64,000 nt of DNA from Candidatus Zixiibacteriota bacterium (GTDB lineage Bacteria > Zixibacteria > MSB-5A5 > UBA10806 > 4484-95), in assembly GCA_037441845.1 (NCBI GenBank), contig JBBIRK010000007.1, positions 34,575 through 98,574 of the forward strand, written 5' to 3'. The notes under the pieces are model-generated. The model saw nothing but the letters and a program-made list of their open reading frames with translations, searched no databases and was not told the origin of the DNA. Shown one piece after another: positions 50,492 through 61,070 of the stretch. Positions within the stretch are counted from its first letter, which is position 1. Every line of letters starts with the position of its first letter. The translations under genes were made by a program, and so were the position numbers.

Positions 50492-51868
50492 CTATCTATA
50501 CTCGACGATCGATTCGAGATCGTCCCAGAATGAGGGATAAGAGGTGGCCACGCATTCAGCGTCCTTTATCACCGTTTCCCCTTTGGCTACCAGCCCGGCT
50601 ACGGCAAAAGCCATTGCCATACGATGATCGCCGTAGGTTACGATCTCGGCCCCCTCGAGCTCGTTGCCGCCGTCGATCGCCATGCCGTCTTCGAGTTCGC
50701 CGATTCTGGCGCCCATTTTCCGCAGATTCGACACCACCACTTTTATGCGATCGACTTCCTTGTGCCGAAGATCGAAGGCGTCGCGGATCACGGTCGTTCC
50801 CTGCGATTGAGTGGCGATAACCGCCATTATCGGGAGTTCGTCAATTATGGTGGGAATCATTTCGCCCACTATGCGGCGCCCTTTGAGAGGTCCGTATCTG
50901 GCGTTGATACGGCCACGGGGTTCGTTGCTTTTAATCGAATCGATTTCGTATTTAAGATTGGCGCGCATTTTGGTGAGAATTTCGAGAAAACCCCGCCGCG
51001 TGGGATTGAGGCTGACGTCATCGATCGTGATTTCCGATCCTTTAATCAAAGTGGCCGCCGCCACAAACATCGAAGCGGAGGAGATATCGCCGGGGACTTC
51101 GACAGTAGCGCCGGCTGTGGGCAATTGCCCTCCGGGGATTTTGAATAAGTCCCCCCGTGGTTCATCGAGGGCGCCTTTCATTTTCTGTTTCAAGCGGCGT
51201 TCGAATTCGTCGGCGATCTTGGGCGGCGCCGGTTTATATTTTTCTTTGGAAAATTTGATACCGAGATGGTTAATAAGGCGTTCCAAATGGTCGCGGCTGT
51301 TGAATCTCTCGATCAACTCGGTAACCCCTGAGGCGGTGATGCCGGCGATGAATATTGCGCCTTTCACCTGCGACGTCGAGATCGGCATCACATAATGTAT
51401 TGCCTGAAGATTGCCGCCGGTGATCTCTATCGGCAGGCGGAAATTGTCGCTTTCGATCTTCGCTCCCATTTTCTGCAGCGGCTCTATCACCCGGCGCATA
51501 GGTTGAGTCCGTAATTTCGGGGCTCCGTCGAATTTCACGGTGAAAGGAAGCGCTGCGGCCAGGCCGAGCAACAACCTGGCGGTGACGCTCGACCCTTCAA
51601 GATCCACCACCGTTTCCGGTTGTTTCAATTCATGCAGCCCGGGGCTTTTTATCACCAACCGGTTGTTTTCGTCTTGTTCGAAGCTGACCCCGAATTGCGA
51701 CAAGCACTTCAAGGTTGTTTTGAATTCGTAGCCCGGATTGAAATTAACTAATGTGGTCTCGCCCTTGCACATGGCGGCTAAAATCGCCGCTCTATGGCAA
51801 ATAGACTTGTCGCCCGGCATCGTCAGGCGACCTCGGATTTTTGCTGCTTTTCTAACAATCTTGTCCAT
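50492..51868 (-). CDS. aroA: EPSP synthase family protein with a divergent active site
   Basis: PGDKS..HR, SQVK, RDHLER, PGDISSA, IIDELP, KE.DR, GDHRMAM, TSYP.F. Confidence 0.85.
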   Translation of the reverse strand: MDKIVRKAAKIRGRLTMPGDKSICHRAAILAAMCKGETTLVNFNPGYEFKTTLKCLSQFGVSFEQDENNRLVIKSPGLHELKQPETVVDLEGSSVTARLLLGLAAALPFTVKFDGAPKLRTQPMRRVIEPLQKMGAKIESDNFRLPIEITGGNLQAIHYVMPISTSQVKGAIFIAGITASGVTELIERFNSRDHLERLINHLGIKFSKEKYKPAPPKIADEFERRLKQKMKGALDEPRGDLFKIPGGQLPTAGATVEVPGDISSASMFVAAATLIKGSEITIDDVSLNPTRRGFLEILTKMRANLKYEIDSIKSNEPRGRINARYGPLKGRRIVGEMIPTIIDELPIMAVIATQSQGTTVIRDAFDLRHKEVDRIKVVVSNLRKMGARIGELEDGMAIDGGNELEGAEIVTYGDHRMAMAFAVAGLVAKGETVIKDAECVATSYPSFWDDLESIVEYR

Positions 51869-51912
51869 AATATCCGTGTATCAGTGCCAAGTTACATTTT
51901 ATGTCTAATCAA

Positions 51913-53658
51913 TCACATCCGTTCCGGGGTTTCAAGCCCGAGAAGAGTCAGCCCCGATTTCAGAACGGTTTTCAGGCAACTCACGAGAGCGATTCGCGCT
52001 TTCCTCAGTTCCTCGTTCGAGGATAATATCTTATCCTCAGGCGATTTGTATTTCTGAAAATATGCCGAAAACAATCCCGCCAGTTCCAGCAGATATGCCG
52101 AGATTATATATGGCTCATCGTGCAATGCCGCAAGCATAACTTTTTCGGGATATTCAAGCAGCATACGGGCTATGGCATACTCCTCCGGCAATTTCAGGAC
52201 GGAATAGTCGACCTCCTTATCGGGATGCCCGCCATACTTCCGCAAAACGCTGCAGAGCCGGGCGTGGGCATATTGCAAATAGGGGCCGCTTTGGCCGGCG
52301 AAATCGAGCATCTTACCCCATTCGAAAGCGACATCGGTTTCCCGGCGCACGGACAGATCGGTGAATACGACCGCACCGATCCCAACGGCTCGGGCAACCC
52401 TGTCCTTATCCTCGAGCTCTGGATTGCTTTTTTCGATGATCTCCCTCGATTTCTCGATCGTCCGTTCGATTACATCCTCGAGGAAAACAACATTTCCGGC
52501 CCTGGTCGACATCATTTCCCCGGACAGCGTAACCCAACCGAAACTGACGTGGCAGCAGTTTGCCACCCAGTCGTAACCCGCCAGTTCGAGGGTTTTGAAA
52601 AGTTGTTTGAAATGCAGGCTCTGGGCGACCCCGACTACATACAGCATGCCGTCGAAATCGTAAGTTTGCTTCCGGTAAATCGCCGCCGCCAGATCACGTG
52701 TGCCATACAAAGATGAGCCGTCGCTTTTACGAAGTAAAAGCGGCTCCAGACCATACGGATCGAGCGGAACGATAACCGCCCCATGGCTTTTTATAGCAAG
52801 CTGCTTTCGTTCGAGAAGCTCGATGACCGAATCGAGTTTGTCATTGAAAAACGCCTCACCTGTGTAATAATCGAATTCGACTCCGAGAAGCCGGTAGATC
52901 CGCTCGAATTCACGGAGGCTGATTTTCGAAAACCGTTTCCACAGTTCGACGATTTCGGGATCGCCCTGTTCAAGGAGCCGGAACACTTTTCGCCCTTCTT
53001 CCTCGATAGCTTGATCTTTTGCCGCCTCCTCGTGGATTTTGACATAGACCCGGTAAAGCTCTTTAACGGGATCTTCTTCCATTTTTTCCGGATCGGCATA
53101 GCGGCGATAACCCTCCACCAGCATACCGAATTGCGTGCCCCAGTCGCCCAGATGGTTGATTCCGATCACTCTGTAGCCGAGATGGCGATATATCCGTTTC
53201 AAGGAGGCCCCGATTACCGTCGAGCGCAAGTGTCCGATACCCATCGGCTTGGCGATATTCGGCGATGAAAAATCGATTACGATCGTCATTCCCCGGCCGA
53301 TGTTCGACGCGCCGTAATTATCGCCATCGTCGAATATCTTTCGGCAAACCTGTTTTATGATCTCCGCCCGGTTCAAATGGAAGTTTAGATAAGGACCTTT
53401 CGAATCGATTCTTTCCACACCGATGGGTGCGATGGTGCTTGAAGCCAGATTTGCGGCTATCTGGTTCGGCGGCCTTTTTTGTTGTTTCGCCAGATCGTAA
53501 CAAGGCCAGCCGTAGTCGCCCCAATCGGGCTGGGGCGGCTGCTCGAGCGACGAGTAAATTTCCGCGCCGGGCAAAGCCGTCGCCGCCCCTATGGCGTCGC
53601 TTATGGCGGATTTAACGGGATTGGGACGGTATTCCTCGAGAGGCCTCTTGAATTTCAA
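51913..53658 (-). CDS. argS: Arginine--tRNA ligase
   Basis: SSPNIAKPMGIGHLRST, GDWGTQFG, MSTRAG, YLQYAHAR, C-terminal ERM; start uncertain. Confidence 0.96.
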   Translation of the reverse strand: MKFKRPLEEYRPNPVKSAISDAIGAATALPGAEIYSSLEQPPQPDWGDYGWPCYDLAKQQKRPPNQIAANLASSTIAPIGVERIDSKGPYLNFHLNRAEIIKQVCRKIFDDGDNYGASNIGRGMTIVIDFSSPNIAKPMGIGHLRSTVIGASLKRIYRHLGYRVIGINHLGDWGTQFGMLVEGYRRYADPEKMEEDPVKELYRVYVKIHEEAAKDQAIEEEGRKVFRLLEQGDPEIVELWKRFSKISLREFERIYRLLGVEFDYYTGEAFFNDKLDSVIELLERKQLAIKSHGAVIVPLDPYGLEPLLLRKSDGSSLYGTRDLAAAIYRKQTYDFDGMLYVVGVAQSLHFKQLFKTLELAGYDWVANCCHVSFGWVTLSGEMMSTRAGNVVFLEDVIERTIEKSREIIEKSNPELEDKDRVARAVGIGAVVFTDLSVRRETDVAFEWGKMLDFAGQSGPYLQYAHARLCSVLRKYGGHPDKEVDYSVLKLPEEYAIARMLLEYPEKVMLAALHDEPYIISAYLLELAGLFSAYFQKYKSPEDKILSSNEELRKARIALVSCLKTVLKSGLTLLGLETPERM

Positions 53659-54524
53659 ATCAATAATTCTCCGATACAAATCAGGTTGACCGGGCCGATC
53701 TGGATGATCTTTCCGCTTCTAAAATCCCATTCAAGTTTGAGCTTGCCCCCCGGCATTGATGCTGTCGCTCTTCGGGTGAGAAAGTCGCGCATCACACCGA
53801 CCGCCAAACTCGCCGCAGCGCCGCTGCCGCAAGCCATGGTCGGTCCGGAACCGCGTTCATAAATGCGCATACTGAACCGCGATCGATTCTCTATTTTAAC
53901 AAAATGCACGTTCGCTCCCCGGCGAAAGAGCCGATGTTCGGCAAGAGATTTACCGACGCGGATCCAATCGAAATCGAAATTTTTCACGAACACCACCGCA
54001 TGAGGATTGCCGAAACTTACACAATCGGCAATATATCGTTTTGCTCCGACATTCAAGGGTATCGAGAATGCGGCTTTTTTCCCGCCTCGAAGACCGACCG
54101 AAGCGCAGGAAAATTCCGGTTTGCCTAACTCGGTCTCGACGACCGCCGAGCGCCGACGGGAATTTAATACGACGGATCTGAAAATGCCGGCGGGAGGCGC
54201 AATTAGATATCGCTTCTTGCGAGAGCGGCGAATAATATCCAGATAGAGAGCCGCCTGCCTTAAACCGTTGCCGCACATTTCCGCCTCGGAACCGTCACTG
54301 TTGAAAATCCTTAGCGCAACCGGTTCGGAAGCGGAATCGATTACGATCAGGCCGTCGGAACCCACTCCGGTCGCCGTATCCGAAAACCTTCGGGCCAGCT
54401 CGGCCGGTTTGAGCGCGCCTAAATGCTTACGCTCGACAAAAAGGTAACAATTACCCAATCCCTCGAGTTTGGCGAAAGGCAATTTCCGGCTGATGGCCCG
54501 GTTTCTGGCGGGTATGGCGTTCAT
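53655..54524 (-). CDS. dapF: Diaminopimelate epimerase
   Basis: GLGN, NSDGSEAEMCGNG, GNPH, ERGSG.T.ACGSG. Confidence 0.95.
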   Translation of the reverse strand: MNAIPARNRAISRKLPFAKLEGLGNCYLFVERKHLGALKPAELARRFSDTATGVGSDGLIVIDSASEPVALRIFNSDGSEAEMCGNGLRQAALYLDIIRRSRKKRYLIAPPAGIFRSVVLNSRRRSAVVETELGKPEFSCASVGLRGGKKAAFSIPLNVGAKRYIADCVSFGNPHAVVFVKNFDFDWIRVGKSLAEHRLFRRGANVHFVKIENRSRFSMRIYERGSGPTMACGSGAAASLAVGVMRDFLTRRATASMPGGKLKLEWDFRSGKIIQIGPVNLICIGELLI

Positions 54525-54537
54525 AGCGACTGATTAC

Positions 54538-55749
54538 TCAGCTTGCCGAATCAATAACTTCCGCAAGTCGCTTGATGCCCACCTCGATATTTTCGGGAAT
54601 AGCATTACAGAAATTAAGTCTAAGTGTTGTATCGTCTTCTTTCTCGCTATAGAAAAACTTGCCCGGAACATAGGCGACGCCGTTCTTGATCGCCTCCGGA
54701 AGCAATTTCGATGAACTTATCTGTCCCGGCATCTTGACCCAGAGAAACAGCCCGCCCTCGGGCTCGGTAAATTGAACCTCACGGCTGAAATACCGTCGCA
54801 TCATTTTGACCATGAAATCGCGCCGTTCGCCGTAGGCCCGGCAGATTTTGGCGATATGCGGATCAAGGTGTCCGGCCGCTGCGAACTCGTGAATGACATA
54901 TTGCGTAAACGTGTTCGTGTGAAGATCCATCGCCTGTTTCATCCGCTCGATTATTTTCTGCATTTCCGGCTGCGAACAAATCCAACCTATGCGCAATCCC
55001 GGCGATATCAATTTGGAAAAAGTGCCGAGCTCGATCACGCACTCCGGCCCCAAAGCTTTCAGCGAGGGAATGGTTTTGCCGGCAAAGCGCAGTTCTCCAT
55101 AAGGATTGTCATCGATAATCGGACAATCATAACGCCGGGCAAGCTCTATCAATTCTTTGCGGCGCTGCAGCGATATGCATCCGCCAGTGGGATTTTGAAA
55201 ATTGGCGACGACATAGATGAATCGAGGTTTATATTCGCGCATTTTCATTTCGACGTCATCGATCACCACACCTTCGGCGTCGGTTTTGACGGAAATGAAC
55301 CTCGGACTGTAGAAAGAAAAGGCCTGCAGGGCGCCGAGGTAAGTCGGCGTTTCGGTCAAGACGACCGCCCCCGGCTCGAGAAATACGCGGCCAATAATAT
55401 CAAGCGCCTGCTGCGCACCGCCGGTTATCTGGATACAATCGGTGGTGACGTTGGCGCCTTGTTTTCGCATACGCTCGGCGATCAGCTCCCGCAAAGGCTG
55501 CACGCCCGTGGTCAGAGAGTATTGCAAAGCCTCGGAACCGTGTTGCTCGATTACATGGACACACGCCTCTTTCAAATTTTCGAGTGGGAAAAGCTCGGGG
55601 GCGGGAAGACCACCGGCAAAATTAACCACGCCCGGTTTCGATGAATCCTTAAGGATTTCCCTGATAATCGAACTTTTCAGCTCGCGCGCATTACGCGAAA
55701 ACTTCCACTTCTCAACCATGCTCTCGACATCTTTTATCGTCTCACCCAT
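54538..55749 (-). CDS. PLP-dependent aminotransferase (LysN/ARO8-like)
   Basis: FAGGLP, FQNPTG, DDNPY, TFSKLISPGLRIGW. Confidence 0.92.
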   Translation of the reverse strand: MGETIKDVESMVEKWKFSRNARELKSSIIREILKDSSKPGVVNFAGGLPAPELFPLENLKEACVHVIEQHGSEALQYSLTTGVQPLRELIAERMRKQGANVTTDCIQITGGAQQALDIIGRVFLEPGAVVLTETPTYLGALQAFSFYSPRFISVKTDAEGVVIDDVEMKMREYKPRFIYVVANFQNPTGGCISLQRRKELIELARRYDCPIIDDNPYGELRFAGKTIPSLKALGPECVIELGTFSKLISPGLRIGWICSQPEMQKIIERMKQAMDLHTNTFTQYVIHEFAAAGHLDPHIAKICRAYGERRDFMVKMMRRYFSREVQFTEPEGGLFLWVKMPGQISSSKLLPEAIKNGVAYVPGKFFYSEKEDDTTLRLNFCNAIPENIEVGIKRLAEVIDSAS

Positions 55750-55947
55750 AAGTCACCTGCCTCTATTTTCGTTACGCAATCATAACTAAACCGCTATCCG
55801 ATGGCAAGGGAAATCCTCGGCGGCCGATCAGGCAGGAATTCTTGCGGTTTTACGAGTAAGATAGACACTTTCTCCGCAGCCAAATCGCTTGCCTGACCTG
55901 TAATATCGAGTTATATTGGTCTCCGCTTAAATGGAGCGTTATCAAAG

Positions 55948-57477
55948 TTGATGAATTCGACCGCTTTCCTGATTTTGATCTGGGTCTTTTTGAGCGGCAG
56001 CTTGCTTCCGGCGGCCGAGCTGCCGCTTGCCGTGCGTGATTTCACTCTCGACAATGGCATGAAATTCATAGTGGTCGAAAGACCAATGGCGCCGGTCGTT
56101 TCTCTGGTAATAGGCTATAAGGTAGGCTCGGTCGATGAAAAGCCGGGAATAACCGGTATGGCCCATCTCTGCGAACATATGATGTTCAAAGGAACACGCA
56201 TCTTCGGCACGATCGACCATGCCAAGGAATTGCCCTACATGCGCCGGATCGATTCGCTTGCGGAAATATACCATGCCGAATTGGCCGAACTCCGCCACCG
56301 GTTCGACGACACCGGCAAACCGAGGCTCGATTCACTTAAAAACGAGATTCACCGAATTCAAATCGAGCAATCTAAATTGATCGTGAAAGACGAATTGTGG
56401 GAAACCTATCTGCGCCACGGCGGAACCAATTTGAACGCATCAACGTCCAATGACGCAACCCGCTACTTCGTCAGTTTACCGGCAAACCGTTTGGAAATAT
56501 GGGCGATGATGGAATCCGACCGCATGACCGGAATGGTAAGCAGAGAATACTATTCCGAACGCGACGTGGTTCATGAAGAAAGGCGCCTGAGCCTGGATAA
56601 CGAACCGTTCGGCCGCCTGGAAGAGCAACTCTATGCGGCTGCCTTCACGGCTGCCGGATACGGCTGGCCGGTGGTCGGCTGGGCCTCGGACCTCGAAACG
56701 ATGACCCGACATGATCTCGAGCAATTCTACAAGAAATACTATTGCCCGGACAACGCGATCTGCGCGATCGTGGGGGACGTCGATTTCGAGGAAGTCATGA
56801 GAATCGCCCGGAAATACTTCGGTCCCATTCCCCCGGCCGGAAAACCGCAGCCGCCGACCACGATGGAACCGGCTCAACAGGGCGAGCGCCGCGTCGAGGT
56901 CCGATTCGATTCGGAGCCGCTATTGGCGATAGGTTATCACACGGTGGCGGCCAACCACCAGGACCAGCCGGTGCTGGATGTCATAGCGGCGATACTGACT
57001 CGAGGGCGCACCAGCAGGTTGCATAAGAGATTGGTGGAAAACGATAAAACGGCGTCATGGGTGCGCGCCGATGCTCCGTTCTCGCGCTATCCCGACCTGT
57101 TCACGATCTGGCTCGGCCCGAAATTCCCTGCCTCGACGGCCGACAACGAGAAAGCGATTTACCAGGAGCTGGAATCACTTAAAACGATTCCGGTCAGCGA
57201 GTTGGAGCTGGAGAGAATCCGCAATCAGCTCGAGGCCGACTTTCTGCGCGATTTGCGATCGAATCTAGGGCTGGCTTTCCGGCTCGTCAATTACGAAATG
57301 TTGACCGGTTCATGGAAAAACATCGCGGCCAATCTCGATAAACGTAAGGGGGTCACAGCCGAGGATATAATGCGGGTGGCCGCCAAATACTTCACGCCGG
57401 AAAATAGAACCGTAGCCAGTATCGTAAAAAAAGCCGAGAGTCAATCGGGTGCCGTCCGAAAGGCAAGCGGGGATTAA
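55948..57477 (+). CDS. M16B peptidase, catalytic subunit
   Basis: HLCEH (HxxEH), NASTS, EERR; signal peptide. Confidence 0.92.
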   Translation: MMNSTAFLILIWVFLSGSLLPAAELPLAVRDFTLDNGMKFIVVERPMAPVVSLVIGYKVGSVDEKPGITGMAHLCEHMMFKGTRIFGTIDHAKELPYMRRIDSLAEIYHAELAELRHRFDDTGKPRLDSLKNEIHRIQIEQSKLIVKDELWETYLRHGGTNLNASTSNDATRYFVSLPANRLEIWAMMESDRMTGMVSREYYSERDVVHEERRLSLDNEPFGRLEEQLYAAAFTAAGYGWPVVGWASDLETMTRHDLEQFYKKYYCPDNAICAIVGDVDFEEVMRIARKYFGPIPPAGKPQPPTTMEPAQQGERRVEVRFDSEPLLAIGYHTVAANHQDQPVLDVIAAILTRGRTSRLHKRLVENDKTASWVRADAPFSRYPDLFTIWLGPKFPASTADNEKAIYQELESLKTIPVSELELERIRNQLEADFLRDLRSNLGLAFRLVNYEMLTGSWKNIAANLDKRKGVTAEDIMRVAAKYFTPENRTVASIVKKAESQSGAVRKASGD

Positions 57478-58930
57478 GGCCGTGAGATTATCGGTATCGA
57501 TAATGATGACGATGTTGTTGGCCGTGGCTCCGGTTCTGTCCGCCCCCAAATCACCCGGCTCGAAAAAACTCGATAAAATAAGACTGAAACAATTGACCTG
57601 GAAGATTCCCCAGATCGGCAACGAGGTTCAGCGGATCATGCTCGACAACGGCATGGTGGTGTTTCTTCTCGAAGACCATGGATTGCCGCTGATCGAGGTC
57701 AACGCCCTGATAAGAACCGGGCAGATTTATGAGCCTCCCTCTAAAATGGGTCTGGTTTCGCTGACCGGCACAATGCTTAGGGGAGGCGGAACCGTTACCA
57801 TGAGTCCGGATTCTTTGAACAGGCTGCTCGAGCACATGGCGATCACTATAGAGACCTCCATAGGGATGGAATCGGGATCGGCTTATATGTCGGCGCTGGC
57901 GAAAGATATGGAAACCGGTCTGGAAATTTTTTCCCAAATCCTACGATGGCCTGCTTTTGACAGCGCAAAACTCGAAATCGAAAAATCACAATTCCGGGAA
58001 TCGATAAGGCGCCGCAACGACAGCCCCCGGGAAATCCTTAACCGCGAATTCGCTCATCTGATCTACGGCGATCACGTTTACGGGGCATATGCACAATGGC
58101 AAGACATAAAAGATATTTCACGGGCTGATTTAATCGAACTTCATCGCAAATATTTCCACCCGAACCGTATTATGCTGGCCGTAGCCGGCGATTTTCGAAC
58201 GCCGGAGATGCTGAATTTGCTCGAAAAATCTTTTGCCGGCTGGCCCGCCTCGACACTCGAATTGCCATCGGTACCCGAGGTCGAATACGAATCGAAGCCG
58301 GGGGTTTTCCTGATCGAAAAAGACTTGTCGCAAGCGTATATCCGAATCGGCAAACTCGGCATCAAGCGTGATAACCCGGATCGCTATGCCATAGCCTTGA
58401 TGAATTACATCTTGGGCGGAGGGAGTTTCACCTCTCGCCTGACCACCCGGGTACGCTCCGACGAGGGGCTTGCCTACTCGGTGGGCAGCAGTTTCGATAT
58501 ATCCAGCCGCGATTACGGGCTGTTCGCCGCGCATTGCCAGACCAAGAACGGAACGACCCATCGAGCGATTTCTCTGATGTTGAAAGAAATCGCCGATATG
58601 GCCCTGGGCTTGGTCAGCGATGAAGAGTTGGAAATGGCCCGCGAGGCCTTCATCAATCAGTTCGTATTCACTTTCGCCGGATCGGGGCAGATCGTCAATC
58701 AATTGATGAGCCTTGAATATAACGATTATCCGCCGGATTATTATGAAAAATATCTGGAGAATATAAGGAGCGTCGAGCTGCCCGATATCAAGCGCGTGGC
58801 CGAAAAATATATCAACCGCGACAGCCTGACCATCATGGTCCTCGGAAAAAGCTCCGATTTCGACAAGGGCCTCGATGATTTCGGCAAGTTAACCAACCTA
58901 CCCTTGCCCGACCCGGGGGTGGATAGATGA
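57449..58930 (+). CDS. M16B peptidase, non-catalytic partner subunit
   Basis: No HxxEH; LGGGSFTSRL...VRSDEGLAY; start probably near 57503. Confidence 0.9.
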   Translation: MPSERQAGIKAVRLSVSIMMTMLLAVAPVLSAPKSPGSKKLDKIRLKQLTWKIPQIGNEVQRIMLDNGMVVFLLEDHGLPLIEVNALIRTGQIYEPPSKMGLVSLTGTMLRGGGTVTMSPDSLNRLLEHMAITIETSIGMESGSAYMSALAKDMETGLEIFSQILRWPAFDSAKLEIEKSQFRESIRRRNDSPREILNREFAHLIYGDHVYGAYAQWQDIKDISRADLIELHRKYFHPNRIMLAVAGDFRTPEMLNLLEKSFAGWPASTLELPSVPEVEYESKPGVFLIEKDLSQAYIRIGKLGIKRDNPDRYAIALMNYILGGGSFTSRLTTRVRSDEGLAYSVGSSFDISSRDYGLFAAHCQTKNGTTHRAISLMLKEIADMALGLVSDEELEMAREAFINQFVFTFAGSGQIVNQLMSLEYNDYPPDYYEKYLENIRSVELPDIKRVAEKYINRDSLTIMVLGKSSDFDKGLDDFGKLTNLPLPDPGVDR

Positions 58931-59499
58931 CCAATGACGGCGGCCGCGACGATTCGCATAAATTGGTGATCGGACGGGAATACTCCTTTTGTCCGTGGTG
59001 TGGAGCAAAACTAAACGATGTATTCATCGATGGCAAAAATAGAAAGCGCTGTGCCTCCTGCGATTTCGTTCATTACCGTAACCCGATACCTGCAGCCGGA
59101 GCGATAGTCGAAACGGACGGCAAGATATTACTTGTCAAAAGACGTTATCCGCCTTATGTGGGCGCCTGGTGCCTTCCGGCGGGATTCATGGAGTACGGCG
59201 AAACGCCAGAGAATTGCTGCGTTCGGGAAATCGAAGAGGAAACCGGCCTGAAAGTGATACCGAAAAGATGTTTCAAGGTTTACGCTGGTGATGATGATCC
59301 GAGGACGAGGGCGGTGCTGGTGATTTACTTGGTCGAGATATCCGGTGGTAAGCTTAAGCCGGGAGACGACGCCAGCGAAGCGGTATTTTTCGAGCAAACC
59401 GAAATCCCCGCCAATATCGCCTTCAAGTCGCATCGCGAGGCTTTGAACGATTATTTCGTTTACAAGAAAACCGGAAATTGGCCGCCGCCGACAAGATAG
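58927..59499 (+). CDS. NUDIX hydrolase with N-terminal zinc ribbon
   Basis: FCPWCG..CASC; GFMEYGET....VREIEEETG. Confidence 0.92.
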   Translation: MTNDGGRDDSHKLVIGREYSFCPWCGAKLNDVFIDGKNRKRCASCDFVHYRNPIPAAGAIVETDGKILLVKRRYPPYVGAWCLPAGFMEYGETPENCCVREIEEETGLKVIPKRCFKVYAGDDDPRTRAVLVIYLVEISGGKLKPGDDASEAVFFEQTEIPANIAFKSHREALNDYFVYKKTGNWPPPTR

Positions 59500-59502
59500 A
59501 TT

Positions 59503-59949
59503 ATGGGAAAAGTGCTGGGAATCGATTACGGAAAAGCCAGGGTCGGACTAGCGATTTCCGATGAAATGCGGATATTGGCTTCGGCCCATTCGGTTCTGGA
59601 AAACAAACAACAGACGCGGCTGCTTGAAATGTTGTGTGAACTGATATATAAAGAAAATATAGAGGAGGTCGTCGTGGGCCTGCCGCTGAATATGAATGGC
59701 AGCCACGGCGATGCCGCCAGAGACACGATGAAATTCGCCGAATCGCTCGAAAAAAAGTGCGGGCGCAAAGTCCATCTGCTCGACGAGCGGCTTTCGACCG
59801 TGGAGGCAGCCAAACAGATTCACGCTTCGGGGAAAAAAACGAATCGGAAGAATCTCGACTTGGTGGCGGCGACTATAATACTTCAGGCTTTTATCGACCG
59901 CCGAAAGTCGGAAAACGATACTGCGGGAACCGAGCCCGGATCAAAGTAG
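59503..59949 (+). CDS. ruvX: RuvX/YqgF nuclease
   Basis: LGIDYG..RVGLAISD, VVGLP, DERLST, AA.IILQ. Confidence 0.95.
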   Translation: MGKVLGIDYGKARVGLAISDEMRILASAHSVLENKQQTRLLEMLCELIYKENIEEVVVGLPLNMNGSHGDAARDTMKFAESLEKKCGRKVHLLDERLSTVEAAKQIHASGKKTNRKNLDLVAATIILQAFIDRRKSENDTAGTEPGSK

Positions 59950-60038
59950 ATCTTGATGCCGGTCGAAAACCTCATGACCAATCGAAAGTATAGCGATAAG
60001 GACAATCGTCCTGATCGCTCCGATTGGCAGGGTAACTG

Positions 60039-61061
60039 ATGCCTATGCCAAGTCGTTGGGTCTGGAAAATATCGGGTATCTGCGTTCTGGTCACACTCGC
60101 CGTCGGCGCGTATCTTTACTTTATCCCTCAAAATGCCGCCGATTTCGGCAATCAAACGAAATACATATTAATAAGGAGAGGCGAGGGCGTTTACGAGATC
60201 GCATATAAGCTGCGCCAGATGGGAGCGATCGGTTCCGAACTTAATTTCGTGATTTTCGCCAAATTGCCCTGGAACGATAAAAAAATCAAAGCCGGCCGTT
60301 ACGCCTTAGAACCGGGACTAAGCCTCGCGGGAATATTCCGCAGGTTGACATCGGGCGGCGCGGTGCCATATATGATCACCATTCCGGAGGGTTACACGAT
60401 CTCTCAGGTGGCGAAGCTGCTGTCAAGCCAGCTTGAGCTTGATGCCGAGGAATTCATTCAAGCTTGCGGCGACCGGCAATTGCTCGATTCGCTGAATATC
60501 GGCGGAGAAACGGCGGAGGGATACCTGTTTCCTGAAACCTATAATTTTTTCTATGACGAAAAGCCACGAGCGATAATCCGAAAAATGGTGGGCAAATTTT
60601 TCGATAAATTGCCGCAGGATTTCGAAGAGAAAGCGGCCATCGCCGGTTTGGATCTGGACGAGGCGGTGATTCTGGCCTCGCTGATCGAAAAAGAGGCGAT
60701 GATCGACAGCGAAAGAACGATAATCTCGGCCGTATTTCACGAGCGGTTGAATAGAAACATGCTCTTGCAATGCGATCCCACCGTCATTTATGCTCTGGGC
60801 GGAAATAATAAACCTCTATATCACAGCGATCTACAGATTGACTCGCCCTACAACACTTATAAATACCCCGGATTACCTCCGGGACCGATCTGTTCGCCGG
60901 GATTGTCTTCGCTGCTGGCGGCGGTGAATCCGGCGGAAGTCGATTACCTTTACTTCGTCGCCAAAGGTGACGGCTCGCATATTTTCAGCAAAACCAACGA
61001 CGAGCATAATATCGCCAGAAGCAAAGTGCGCAAGACAAAACTATTGGGTATCACACCCTGA
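60039..61061 (+). CDS. mltG: Endolytic transglycosylase MltG
   Basis: IPEG, EGYLFPETY, ASLIEKE, LQCDPT, SPYNTY..GLPPGPI. Confidence 0.95.
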   Translation: MPMPSRWVWKISGICVLVTLAVGAYLYFIPQNAADFGNQTKYILIRRGEGVYEIAYKLRQMGAIGSELNFVIFAKLPWNDKKIKAGRYALEPGLSLAGIFRRLTSGGAVPYMITIPEGYTISQVAKLLSSQLELDAEEFIQACGDRQLLDSLNIGGETAEGYLFPETYNFFYDEKPRAIIRKMVGKFFDKLPQDFEEKAAIAGLDLDEAVILASLIEKEAMIDSERTIISAVFHERLNRNMLLQCDPTVIYALGGNNKPLYHSDLQIDSPYNTYKYPGLPPGPICSPGLSSLLAAVNPAEVDYLYFVAKGDGSHIFSKTNDEHNIARSKVRKTKLLGITP

Positions 61062-61070
61062 AAGGTATAC

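Noticed and set aside
55948..58930. M16 peptidase pair as the maturation protease of the 23-aa peptide
   Set aside because: It is about 47 kb away, in a housekeeping operon, and of a very common type; no evidence links them.
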